From Eledone cirrhosa (lineage: Eukaryota): 64,000 nucleotides of DNA. The position numbers and the translations under genes were made by a program. The notes below the pieces were generated by a model. That model did not search any database. It saw nothing but the letters and a program-made list of their open reading frames with translations, and was not told the DNA's origin. This document shows, in pieces, positions 11,918 through 24,738 of this stretch. Every line of letters starts with the position of its first letter. The stretch's first letter is position 1. The stretch spans positions 253,642,001-253,706,000 of the forward strand of contig OZ024740.1 of assembly GCA_964016885.1 (NCBI GenBank). Reading direction: 5' to 3'.

Positions 11918-13035
11918 ACTCCTATACGCAGATGATCTAACGCTCATAGCTGAATCAATGACTGAACTAGAGAAGAAATTCCAAACATGGAAGCACGGCC
12001 TAGAATCAAAAGGCCTTAAAATTAACCTGGCTAAGACTAAAGTTCTAGTTTGTAGGAAAGAAAATAAGGCGCCGGTCCCTTCCGGGAAATGACCATGCTC
12101 AGTGTGTAGGAAAGGCGTAGGTAGAAACTCCATTTTATGTCCCAAATGCAAAGTATGGGTGCATAAAAGATGTAGTGGGATCACAGGTAAGCTAACTAAG
12201 AACATAGATTTTACATGTGGCCGGTGCTCTAGTGCAATAAGTAGCAGCAAGTGCCCACAGAATACTAGCACTTTCAATTGCGCAGAGGGTTCTATAGAAA
12301 TAGTGGACAGCTTCCGTTACCTGGGTGACAAAATCAGCAGTGGGGGAGGGTGCTCTGAAAGTACAGTAGCTAGAGTCAGAACTGGATGGAAAAAGTTCAG
12401 AGAGCTTATACCACTATTAGCCGCTAAAGAGTTCTCCCTAAAAATGAAAGGCAGGTTGTATGATGCCTGCATACGAACAGCAATGTTGCATGGTAGTGAG
12501 ACCTGGGCATTGTGTGCAGAGGATATACGCAGACTAGAGAGGAACGAAGCTTACATGCTCCGCTGGGTGTGTAATAGTAATATACGTGAACGGCAAAGCA
12601 TAAACAAACTAAGGAAAAAATTAGAAATAAGAGGGATCAGATGTTGTTTACTCGAGAGGCTACGTTGGTATGGTCACGTGATGCGTATGAAAGACGACAG
12701 CTGTATAACAAAGTGCAGGGCAATAAAGATAGACGGTAGCCACGGAGTAGGCAGACCCCAAAAAACCTGGGACGACTTGATAAATTCAGACCTCACACAC
12801 TTACACCTCTCCAAGACAATGTCACTGGACCGAGACCTTTGGCGGTACTCAGTAATAGAGAAGACCCACCTTACCTAAATACAAAGTAAAACCTACTACA
12901 GTCAGTAGGCATCTCTATCAAAACACAACCCCGTCCCACCACCCCCACCCCATCCACACCGCCCTTTCAATGTAAAGTTATGTTGGTGCCACAATATCCA
13001 GGCCGAAACAAATGAGATTGTGTAGGTGTCACAAC
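11918..13035 (+). mobile_element. RTE family A fragment, truncated at both ends (RT C-terminus plus part of 3' UTR)
   Basis: Starts at LLYADD; ORF 12102-12878; in-frame stop near 12090. Confidence 0.92.
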
Positions 13036-13390
13036 AAAAAAAATGGCGTAGACATACAATGCAACGGGAGGAAACAATATTACCACTGACGATGTTGCAG
13101 ATGTGCAACGAAAGATTTATGATAAGCTATATATATGTGTTTGTGTCTATATTGTATCTGTATTATTTTTGAGCGTCGGTCAGTCAATGGCAACATTGAG
13201 GACCGAATAAGTTAGATTACCGATATAAAAGACACAGAAGCGATAAGCGAAAACCAACCAAACACTGAGTGTGTTCTGTTATTAATTCTGGCAATATTAC
13301 ACAAATATGACCCTCCCCAAGTATAACAATATTTATTTCGACACACTATTTCATATAAAAAACATTGCAAAACTAATTCATCGCCGTTAT
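13036..13390 (+). mobile_element. PLE pLTR fragment (family of 34385-36217) with HHR at 13080-13125
   Basis: Matches 35928-36217; ttacca-CTGACGA-tgttgca gatg tgcaac-GAAA-gatt-TA-tgataa. Confidence 0.8.
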
Positions 13391-13394
13391 ATAT

Positions 13395-13430
<36 letters not shown>

Positions 13431-13431
<1 letters not shown>

Positions 13432-13856
13432 GGAAGTGAGTTTTATTGTAGTACAATAAAGCAATGCAGATATCGGATAAGAAGCACTCTACAGTTTGTA
13501 GGACTGGAGTATACATAATATAAGATCAAAAGATGGTTAAAGGAGTTCCATGTATTTTATTATGCGCATTTCAAAAACAAACATCATCATGCAATAATAT
13601 TTGTGTTTTCATCAGATAAAACAGGAGAACATGATATGAAGGCTAAAAAACACCTGTGGACAGTGCAGTTTTAAATCAACATATGATATGTTGATTTAAA
13701 ACTGCACTGTCCACAGGTGTTTTTTAGCCTTCATATCATGTTCTCCTGTTTTATCTGATGAAAACACAAATATTATTGCATGATGATGTTTGTTTTTGAA
13801 ATGCGCATAATAAAATACATGGAACTCCTTTAACCATCTTTTGATCTTATATTATA
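13431..13856. repeat. Palindrome of PLE pLTR (~170-bp arms, 1-nt spacer at 13685); HHRs at 13553-13623 (-) and 13747-13817 (+)
   Basis: Arms are reverse complements; right arm matches 10302-10470; left arm carries an extra ~80 nt. Confidence 0.92.
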
Positions 13857-13858
13857 TG

Positions 13859-13900
<42 letters not shown>

Positions 13901-14010
13901 TATGTATATGTATATGTATATATATATGTATATGTATATATATATGTATATGTATATATATATATGTATATGTATATATATATGTATATATATATATGTA
14001 TATATATATG

Positions 14011-14055
<45 letters not shown>

Positions 14056-14114
14056 GTATATATATATATGTATATGTATATGTATATATATATGTATATG
14101 TATATGTATATATG

Positions 14115-14177
<63 letters not shown>

Positions 14178-14178
14178 G

Positions 14179-14209
<31 letters not shown>

Positions 14210-14224
14210 GTATATATATATTTG

Positions 14225-14255
<31 letters not shown>

Positions 14256-14296
14256 GTATATATATATATGTATATATATATATGTATATATATATG

Positions 14297-14327
<31 letters not shown>

Positions 14328-14544
14328 GTATATACATATATGTGTATATATATATGTATATATATATATGTATATATATGTATATATATATATGTATATA
14401 TATATGTATGTATATAGATATATGTATATATATCTATGTATATATATATGTATTTATATATATATATGTATATATATGTATGTATATATATATGTATGTA
14501 TATATATATGTATGTATATATATGTATATATATATATGTGTGTG

Positions 14545-14735
14545 AAGGTGTGTGGCTGAGTGGTTAGAGAATTGGATTCGCAATCGTAAGGTTGTGAGTT
14601 CGATTCCTGGACCAGGCGATGCGCTATGTCCTTGAGCAAGACACTTTATTTCACGTTGCTCCTTCTACCTGGAGTTGCGACCGATAGATAGTATTAGCAA
14701 TTGGAAAGACCAACGGTCCGATTTGACGAAAGTCG
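14545..14735 (+). mobile_element. tRNA-derived CORE-type SINE
   Basis: A box TGGCTGAGTGG, B box GAGTTCGATTCC, followed by CORE-like TGTCCTTGAGCAAGACACTTTATTTCAC. Confidence 0.8.
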
Positions 14736-15348
14736 ATCGTTCCTATATATATGTGTATATATATGTGTATATATATATGTGTATATATATATGTATATAT
14801 ATATATGTATATATATATATCTGTGTGTATATATATATATGTATATATATATGTGTATATATATGTGTATATATATGTGTATATATATATATGTATATAT
14901 ATATATGTGTATATATATATGTGTATATATGTGTATATATATATGTGTATATATATATGGGTATATATATATGTGTATATATATATATATGTATATATAT
15001 GTGTATATATAAAAACCTCCGTGAATCGAACCAACATAACATAGCTTTAAATTAGGATACCTACTACCCACAGAAATATATTCATTAAGTATACTATTTC
15101 CTTCACAAGTCTATACCCCACAATTATCTGTAAATACCTCATCTACCAACAATCTTACTCCTTCTCAGTTGCTGCAATCATTTGATCCTAGATCCTAGTT
15201 TTTCTCATTTCACTACTACAATGTTACTTTACCTTCTTTTTGCCATAATTACAATTAGCACGCTTTTCTCTTTGCATGTATGTATATTTTTGTACGAGTG
15301 TATATTGATGTGTATGTATGTGTCTATGTACACATATATGTGTATATA

Positions 15349-15846
15349 TCATCATCATCATCATCATCATCATCAGGTTTAGCGTCCGTGTTCCACGCTT
15401 GCATGGGTTTGGACGGGGGTTTTCCCACTTGAGGCAAGAGTGGTTGTCTTGCTCGCATAGGACTGTCTGGCGGGTTTTCTACAGTTGGATGCCCTTCCTA
15501 ACACCAACCACATGTACAGTGTGGGGCTGGGAGGTTTTTACCGTGTTGCCTACACGGCCACATTACAGCGTGGACTGTCTGGCGGGTTTTCTACAGCTGG
15601 ATGCCCTTCCTAACACCAACCACATTTACAGTGTGGGGCTGGGAGGTTTTTACCGTGTTGCCTACACGGCCACATTTACAGCGTGGACTGTGTGTTTTTT
15701 GTCGTGACACCTACACGATCTCATTTGTTTCGGCCTGGATGTTGTGGGACCAACATAACTTTACATTGAAAGGGGCGGTGTGGAGGGACGGGGGTGTGTT
15801 TTGATAGAGGTGCCTACTGACTGTAGTAGGTTTTTACTTTGTATTT
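15349..15846 (-). mobile_element. RTE family A 3' UTR fragment with ~119-bp internal duplication and (GAT)n tail
   Basis: Collinear with 3505-3893; the same duplication occurs in 46100-46330. Confidence 0.9.
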
Positions 15847-15889
15847 ATATTTATATATATATGTGTGTGTGTGTGTGTGTGGATATATG

Positions 15890-16570
15890 CGTATATTAAT
15901 TCGTTAACCTCTGTATTAACTCTACAACTATTGAGCTTTGACAGTGGTCCCACTCATGTATACAGTTGAAGATGAAGAGGAAGACTGTAAAAACTAGCTT
16001 ATCTTTATAATTTAAAATTGATACACACTACGATACTTTTTGCCTTATGACAGCTGGTTTTCACGCCGTAACATTAGATACATTATATACCCCCCACCTA
16101 AGTAATGTCAGGGTCTCCTTAAATAGTTTATTGATAGCATTGTTGTAATAATTGTTGTTGTTATTGTTCTAATTGAATGCCATAACTACTCCATATTTTC
16201 TTTTCTTTTCTTGCCTGTGTATTTTCTTCATTCTCGCATGCTCCGAAGATCTGACTGGTTATAATTCTGTATTGGCGATCGAGTGACGCAAAATTAGGCG
16301 GATAGCGATCTCTAGACATACCAGTTCAGTGAAACAAATGTAAGCTTTGTGATTAAAAACTTTTTTGTATAGCAAACCATGTAAACCTTCTTTCCTGATT
16401 TATTATTACTCCAAGTGTTTACAACATAGGAATTACAGCATACCCGCAGCATCACTATGAAAACGCCTTGTTGAGTCAAACCAAGCCAAGCGTTAATATC
16501 ATCCACTACCTGGAATACCATAACTGGACTTCACCTAAGTGGACTGCATTTAACTATTATTTGTTAATCC

Positions 16571-16571
<1 letters not shown>
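15890..16571 (+). mobile_element. Probable PLE pLTR fragment with long-stem-II HHR at 16240-16345
   Basis: gct-CCGAAGA-t-ctgactggt...accagttcag-t-GAAA-c aaat g-TA-agc; flanked by microsatellites. Confidence 0.55.
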
Positions 16572-16602
<31 letters not shown>

Positions 16603-16605
<3 letters not shown>

Positions 16606-19440
16606 TGTGTTGCACCATAGAACATGTGTGTTTACGTATGTCATTGTGTTTATATGTGGGTATGTATGTTGACGTGTGTATGTTGTGGGTTCGTCTTAGG
16701 GAGAAGTGTTTAAACGGGGTCCGTATTTGTTAATAAAGTAAGATTCCTTGCTGATGCGATGGGTGTGGCTGGCATTATCTTTAAATTTGTAGAGGGGAAA
16801 GATTCTGAAGTTGGGATGATTTTGGGCGGCACAGGTATCAATGTGTTCACTCAGTGGTATTTTCCTGTATTCCCGTATTTTAATTTGGGATCTATGGACA
16901 GTCATGCGTTCGCGGAGGCTGTTTTTGGTCTGGCATATGTATTGTTCTCGGCAACCTGGGCAAGTTAATACATATATTAGATTTTCCGATGCACATGTGA
17001 AATTGTGTTTTACTATAAAACGTTGTCCTTCTTTGAAATAGAATTCCGAACCCACTATTAGGTTGATGCAAATGCCACAGTTGGGTCTATCGCATTTTTT
17101 TACTGTGGTTTTCGTTGTTGTGGTTGGCAGTACTTTGGCGTGTGTTAGGATGTTTTTCATTGACTTGGATTGTCTTTTGCTCTTTATGATATCGTGTGTT
17201 CGTAGGATTTGGTTCATTCTATGGTCCTTTTTCAACACAGGGATGTTCTGGAGGATGGTGTCAAAGGCCTCATTGTTGAGGGGGTTGTGTGTGGAGATGT
17301 ATGGAAGAGCTTTTAGTTTTGGTTGATTACTTTAGGGTGTCTAAGGTCCTGGGTACTGAGTTTTAGGGCACGTTGGATTCCATTGTCAATTAGTGATGCA
17401 GGGTAGTCCCTGCCTATGAGTGTGTCCTTTAGTTATTGTAGCCGTAAGTAGCAGGTGTTTTTATTGGAGACTATAGTACAGATTCTCTTGGCTAAGTTGT
17501 AGGGAATATTAATTTTAACATCTTTAGTTAGAGTGGCAAGAGTTGAAAGGAAGATATTGCTTGGAGTCTGTGGGCTTGTAGTATATGTCTGTTTCTATTT
17601 TTTTGTTATGGATCTTAATGAGGATGTCGAGGAAGGCGAGTTGTTGATGGCTGTATTCCATCGTGAAGTTAATATTCGTGTTGAACCCATTTATAAGGGT
17701 GTGAAATTCTTTAAGTTTCTCGATGTTTTTGTGCCAAAGGATGAAGCAGTCATCTAGATATCGCTTCCAGTTCCTTTCTATGTGTAAGTGGAGAGTGTTT
17801 CCAAATTTGTTTAGGACTTTAGTGTAGAGGGTGATTTCCAGGTATCCCATGACTAGGTTGGCATAAGTGGGGGCTGTTTTCGTTCCCATAGCGGTCCCAG
17901 ATTTCTGCCTGTAGGGTTTGTTATTGAAAACGAAGTAATTGTTCTCCAAGATAAATTTGAGTCCCTCTATCACAAATTCTTTTTCGATGCCTTGTGGGAG
18001 TTCATTGTGGTAATTATCCAGCCAGAATTGGATAGCTTCTATTCCTAGGTTGTGGGGGATGTTGGAGTATAGGTTGACTACATCGACCGTCACAATTATG
18101 GTTTGTTCAGAAAGTGGCATATTAGGGAGGTGATTGAGCATATCTAGGTCGTCCCTTATATAGCTTTTGATGTGTTTGAGGAAGGGTTTGAGAAGGGTAT
18201 CAATGAAGTTGCTAAGGCGGTGGGTTTCGCAAGCGGGGCCTGCTATTATAGGCCTTAATTTGAGATCATTGGGTGAGGGGACATTCATGACTATGTCTGT
18301 GGCTTCCTTGCATGCCTTACTTATTAATTCGCTTTTATGTACTTTAGGGATACCGTAGAAAAGGCTGGATTTACTTGTGAAGTCTGTGATGAAGCTGAAT
18401 TCCTTGTTAGTGAGTCCTACTTTGTATTGGTTGATCAGAGTTTTTAGGTTTCTCATAATTTTCTGTTGATTGTAGTGTTCAGCCTTTTCGTAGTATGTTT
18501 CGTTTTCCAAAGTGGAGAGCGCTAAGTTGATATAGAATTCTGTCTCCATTAGGACTACTGTACTCCCTTTATCAGCCTCTTTAATTGTAATGGTTCTGTC
18601 GGTTTTTAATCTATTTAATTCTTCCCATTCTTTCTTGTTGAGGTTTGGCTTGTGTTTTTGTCTGTGCAAGTGTTGGTAAGGGAAGTTTGTGATGTGTTCA
18701 CAGAATTCGTCCAAGATTTTATTTCTACCTTTTGATGGGGTGTAATTGCTTCTATTTCTGGCTAATGATTCATCCTCATTGTACTGGTCGAATAGTTGTT
18801 CACTGAGTCGTAACTTTCTACAGAAGTCTGTGATGTCTTCCTTCATTTCATAGTAGTTAGGACGTAGTGGGGGTCGGTGTGAATTTAAGACCTTTGGAGA
18901 GTAAGTTGATAAGGTTGGGTGTTGGTTCTGCACTAGTAAGATTGATAATTTTTATTACTCTCGGTTTCTCCTCCCTGTCTTGTGTTATTTTGTTTGCCTG
19001 TATCAGTGTGCTGTGTCTAAAAAATGGTTGGGGTAGAGGGGTTGTCTGCTGATGTTAAGTGGTCTCCTGTGTTTGTTATATTCCTTGTTGTTGTAAAATG
19101 TGGTTCGGGTTGGTGGTTGTAGATTGAATGGGGTGTTCCTGTACTGCGAGTATGGGTGTGTGTTTCTATGTGCCATGTTGGATTGTGGTGTTATAAGTGG
19201 CCTACGTTGTTGGTTGTATCGTGTGGTGTGGGTTTGTTGTGTATTGTGGAAGCGAGAGTTGAGAAAATGGAAATTACCTTGCTGTCCCCTTGAAGCGGGG
19301 AAGTTGTTACATCTATCATGGTGGTGGTATCTTTTCCCTATGTTTGACAATGAGGCATCCGCGTAGTAGTTGAGTGATTTGGTATGGTGTCTCCTTGAAG
19401 GGGGAAAGTTGTAAATGTCATTCTGGGGGAGATGATTTCT
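16603..19440 (-). mobile_element. Decayed Penelope-like element (Neptune-like), RT plus C-terminal GIY-YIG
   Basis: ORF 17524-18933 (ADKG, GIPKVHK, LRPII, DVVNLYSNI, GTAMG, RYLDD, YYKPTD); ORF 16696-17238 (CDRPNCGIC, NLIYVLTCPGC, QYICQT, RERMTVH). Confidence 0.93.
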
Positions 19441-19812
19441 AGGGTTTTTGTTCAGTTAGCCGACACAAACCTACATTTGGCGCAAAATCAATTTTTTGCA
19501 TTCACATGACCTCTACCGACCAATCAAAATTGTTTTGACCACAAGAATTTTTGCAACACGAATTGGCGCAAAACTTATTTTAATACCGCTGGAGCCACTT
19601 TTTTAAAATAAAAACAGGTAAAATTCCCAAAACTAATCAGATCAGAGCAAACATCACGGACGCTCTATCTCAAAATTATTTTTGAAAAGCATTAGAAATG
19701 CGCAACCGGTAAAACTTAAAACCAAAACTGAATACTAACCAATACAATTACTAATTGTCACTTATTCCTAATTAAACTATTTTTCACTGTGAACAATTTG
19801 TCAGCATTTTCT
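19440..19812 (+). mobile_element. PLE pLTR fragment with non-canonical HHR-like motif (19679-19714)
   Basis: Homologous to 46992-47180; ttt-TTGAAAA-gcat..atgc-GCAA-ccgg-TA-aaa. Confidence 0.6.
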
Positions 19813-19831
19813 AATCCGTTTACCAATATAC

Positions 19832-19862
<31 letters not shown>

Positions 19863-20089
19863 CATATATACATATATATATATACATACATATATATATA
19901 CATATATATATATACATATATATATATACATATATATATATACATATATATATATACATATATATATATACATACATATACATATATACATATATATATA
20001 TATATACATATATACATATATACATATATACATATATATATATATACATATATACATATATATACATATATACATATATATATATATAC

Positions 20090-20124
<35 letters not shown>

Positions 20125-20221
20125 CACATATATATATATATATACATACATATATATACATATATATATATACATACATATATATATATACATATATATA
20201 TATACATATATACATATATAT

Positions 20222-20391
<170 letters not shown>

Positions 20392-20439
20392 CATATATAT
20401 ATACATATATTTATATATATACATATATTTATATACATA

Positions 20440-23400
20440 TTCTTTTACTCTTTTACCTGTTTCAGCCATCCGGCTGAGGCCATGCTGGGGGAACCGCCCT
20501 TGTTGCTACACATTTTATCTCCAGCCTGTATAGGTTAGCCACTGGTGTAAGAGGGAGTTTGTTGCTGCTGCCCTTAGGTTTCCCTCGTGCCTTGCTGTGG
20601 GCTCATCCAGGATCCTGGATAACAAGGTGTCGAGATGTTTCTTGAAGACATCCACCTCCACGTCATGCAAATCTCTCAGATCGCACGGCAGCTTGTTGAA
20701 GAGTTGAGGGCCCTTGAATCCCAGGCTATTGCAATATCTGCTCCTTATTCTAGATGTGGAAGACGGGACCTTTGGCACCACACAGTGACGTCCTGTTCGA
20801 CGGTTGGTCCAGCTCCCAATGCCAAAGTTTGGTGCTAGTCCCTCCAGGATTTTCCACATGTAGATCACTGCATATCTCTCCCGTCTTCGTTCCAAGGAGT
20901 AGAGGTTCAGTTCCTTTAGCCTCTCCCAGTAGCTTGTCTCCTTCATCGTGGCAAAACTCTTGGTGTAGCTTCACTGGATTGCCTCAAGCTCCGTGGTTAG
21001 TTTGAAAGCAGTAGTCCAGGCTGCTTAGGACAAATGTCCGCCATAGTGTCAACATGGTGTCTCGATCTCTTGTCCGGAAAGTCCTCAAGATCCAGCTAGC
21101 GAGTCGTCTGCACATTGTCGCCACTTTCATGATGTGTGAAGAAAAAGATGCATCATCGCTCATGTCTATGCCCAAGTCTCGTATCGATTTTGACACGGGG
21201 ATATCGGTCCCTCCTGGTCCTGTGTAGCTGTGTTCCACTATATTTGTGTTTGCAGGTTTGTATTGTAGGGCTTGGAATTTGCCAGCATTAAACTGCATGT
21301 TGTTTTCTTCCGCCCATTTGTATATGGCATCCAGATCCTGCTGTAAAAGGGCAGCGTCAGCCGGGTTTTTGATTGCCTGTGCTACCTTAGTGTCATCAGC
21401 ATAGCTAGTGAGGGATGTTGTTGTATGTACTACAGAGGGCATGTCTGAGAGAGCCACCAAAAACAGTAGTGGTCCCAGGACTGTCCCCTGGGGCACCCCA
21501 CTTGTTATTGGTGTTTCCTTTGAGAGGGCCCCATTTGCTGCGACTGCCTGGCTTCTGTCCTTTAGGAAGTCATGCATCCACTCACCTACTTTTCCAGTTA
21601 TGCCGAGTCCGTGTAGTTTGTGACATATCATTCCATGGTCGACCTTGTCAAAGGCCTTCGCAAAGTCAATATATATCACGTCTACATGTGAGCTGTTTAG
21701 TAGTTGTTTCAGTACCCAGTCATAGTGATGTAGCAGCTGTGTAAGGCAGCTTCTTCCTGGGCAGAAGCCATGTTGCATGCAAGTCAGGTGGTCATTTTCC
21801 TCGAGGAAAGTGATCAGTTTCTTTCTGACGACTCGCTCCATGACCTTACTGATATGCGACGTCAGGGAGACTGGCCTATAGTTTTTGGCCTCCGCTCTGC
21901 TACCTCCTTTATGGATAGGGCATATTGTGCCTTCTTTCAGCTCCCTGGGTAGTACACCGCTAGCCAAGGAGCTTCTGAAGAGCATCTTCAGTGGAGTTGC
22001 TAAGGCCCGCTTACATATTTTTAAGAGAACTGCTGGGAATCCATCAGGTCCAGCAGCTGAGTCTGTTCTAATTTCATCAATGGCGTACACCACATCCTCC
22101 TCCGTTATGTCTATGTGGTTGATGGTTGCCATTTCTTCATGTAGTGTTGTGGCATCAAAGAACTCCTCTGGCTTCGTTATTTGCATGTGCCTCAGGGGAC
22201 ATGTGAACACACTTTTGTACTGTTCATTCAGTATTTCAAATATCTCTTGGGGGTTTTCGGTTGATGAACCGTCCGTATGGAAGAGTGGCCCAATCTTGCA
22301 GTGTACTGAGGCAGTTTCTTTTGCAAATTTAAAGAAGGCCTTAGGGTTTGTTTTAATGTTTTCTATGGCCCTGTTCTCTTTCTTTGCCCTCTCATTCTCA
22401 TGGGAAAGCTTGAGTGCAATCTCGGTGCCAAGTAATGCACATTTCAAATAGGATTCCTTCTCGTTTTTGTTTTGTTGACTATTCAACTGGTTTGAGAGTT
22501 TGGTTCTACGTCTCATAAGGATTTTCCTATCTCTGGGAACAAGATTTTTGTGTCTGTTTGCCTTTTTCTCCGGGACAAACTTTTTGCATATAGTGTGTAT
22601 CGTTGTCATGAAGTGTTGAAATTGTGTGTTAGTGTCTTGTGTGGCGGTGTTTTCACTCCATGTTTGCTTCCGGATTTCTCTCTTAATCTTTTTCCAATTA
22701 GCCTTATAGAAGTTAAGGCTGGATAACGTCCCGGAGCTTCTTGGTGGTTTTGTCTCTGTTGGTTCTCTTGGACCACATATCATTAGCTCTACTAAGTTAT
22801 GATCCGAGAGAATTGTTGGTGTCACCTTTACATTGTGGATGAGCACTTCGTTGTTTGTAAAACAGAGGTCCAGGACATTTTCGCCTCTTGTTGGGAGGAG
22901 TATTGCTTGCTCTATGAACAGCCTGTGTGTGAGGGCCAGCAGGGATTCCGTCTGTCTGTTCTATTGACGTCATTCCAGGGAGGAGGTGGCCCTCAGGCCA
23001 TTTGACTTTTGGTAGGTTGAAGTCTCCCAGCAGTAGAATGTTGAGACCCTGGACCAGTTTGTCAAGGACCTCTTCTATCCTACTTAGGCTATCCTCAAAT
23101 TTACCCTCATGACTGGGGGCATCGGGCGGCCGATATGTGACATATATTATTGTCTGTAGTTGCTTCATATGTACTATCAGTGTGTCACAGACTGAGTTTG
23201 AATGTGTCAACAGTACAATTGGTGTGACATCTTCACGGATATACAGAGCAACCCCACCATCAGTTCTCTCCTTCCTGTCCGAACGAAATACAGTATATTT
23301 CGGTATATGTATTTCTGCATCTGCTATACTGCTTGTCAGGTGCGTTTCGGTTAGTACCATGCATAATGCTTGATTGCTTATGGCTAAGTCTCCCAGGTAG

Positions 23401-23952
23401 GAAATTTTACTCATGTTACTAAGTTTCACCAGGCCTCTGACATTCAGCAGCAGCACTGGTGTAACTTTTGGGGTGCCAATAATGGCTGTCGGTATGACAC
23501 CTGGTCTGGTGTCAGCGGCGGCCACCCTGGGTCCCTTAGCTGTGGTGGTCTCGAGTGCTGGTGTGGATGACCCTGGCTCTGGAAACGATGCAGCCAGGTC
23601 AGCTGTCCCACAATCTTCTCTGCCATGACTAAAAAAATGTTCTGCTCTGCTGCTGCCATCTGTATCTCGTCGGCATGTTCTGCTTGTTGGTACGGCACGC
23701 GTGACATCAGCATACTTCTGGAGCGGCTTATTTCGGCTTTGGCTGGGGCATGTTGCGCGAGTAGGATGGGCATAGTTCGTTTGAGACCTGGGGTGGGCGA
23801 ATCTGCATCCCATCCCTGTCTCTTCATGCCAGCAGATCCCGTTCTTGAAAAACTTGCACATTACTTGGGTTTTTTTGCTCCCAGTGTCTCGGTGCTTTCT
23901 GTTCTTCCTTTGAACAGTTGTCCACTGGTCCCTCTGCGCTTGGTCTTCCTTC
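20440..23952 (-). mobile_element. CR1-group LINE: ORF1 end with CCCH finger, APE and RT, 3' tail (AAAAGAGT)n; decayed
   Basis: CKFFKNGIC..C.FAHP; LLNVRGL, LTETHL, YRPPD, GDFNLP, SDHN; NYRPVSLTS, DFAKAFDKVDH, GVPQGTVLGPLLF, YADD; LNLYSLERRRERY. Confidence 0.92.
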
Positions 23953-24001
23953 TATATATATATATAGACATATATACATATATATATACATATATTTATA
24001 T

Positions 24002-24738
24002 AGTATATAAAGATCGGAATTAAGAGTTTTCCGCAGTTCACTGTAATAATAATAATAGTATTAGCTCAAAGAAGAATAGAGAATTTTCTTCTGAGCTCAA
24101 ATGCAAATATCTTACACAAAGAGAAGTGTATTACACAGTGAGATGTGTGTAAAAAATTATTACAAGTGATTTTTACTGTTAACTGTATAGAGAACAATAT
24201 CTACAGGTTTAGCAATTAAATAGAAAAAAACTAAGTCAGAATCAAATCTCTGAATTAGAGTTTTAAATTACCAACCTTATAACTAGAAGTTTGCTGATAC
24301 GAATCTCGCTTTGTTTCACCACTGACATGTGCAGTATAACACTTCACAGGATCCTCAATCAGCAAATGTGGACACTGTCAACTACACATCTAACCTAATG
24401 GATAGAGAGAAAGCTAATATACACGCTGCCCAGAGTAGGGCGAAATCACGTGTTATTTGCATCAAATAACGGCTCTCATGGATTGGGGAAAAAGCAAGAA
24501 AGGGCAGCCCAACCATTCGAATTTATTAGCTCAACAATTTGGAGCTCGTTAAGTATACAAAGATCGGAATTAAGAGTATTCCGCAGTTCACTGTAATAAT
24601 AATATTAGTATTAGCTCAAAGAAGAATAGAGAATTTCCTTCTGAGCTCAAATGCAAATATCTTACAATAAAACGGTAAAAATCACTTGTAATAATTCTCA
24701 CTGTGTAATACACTTGTCTTTGTGTAAGATATTTGCAT
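24002..24738 (-). mobile_element. Non-coding 550-nt HHR-containing unit with partial tandem duplication and inverted 5' arm
   Basis: 24002-24116 is repeated at 24552-24666; 24671-24738 is the reverse complement of 24101-24180. Confidence 0.7.
24290..24366 (-). ncRNA. Type I hammerhead-like ribozyme (TTGAGGA core)
   Basis: Minus strand: tttgctga-TTGAGGA-tcc...ggt-GAAA-caaagcgagattcg-TA-tcagcaaa; perfect 8-bp stem I. Confidence 0.65.

Noticed and set aside
14545-14615. Functional tRNA gene
   Set aside because: Poor acceptor-stem pairing and it continues into a CORE-like body; it is a SINE head
15012-15345. Unassigned ~330-bp sequence between TA tracts
   Set aside because: No ORF, ribozyme core or in-window homologue recognised; cannot be classified without a search
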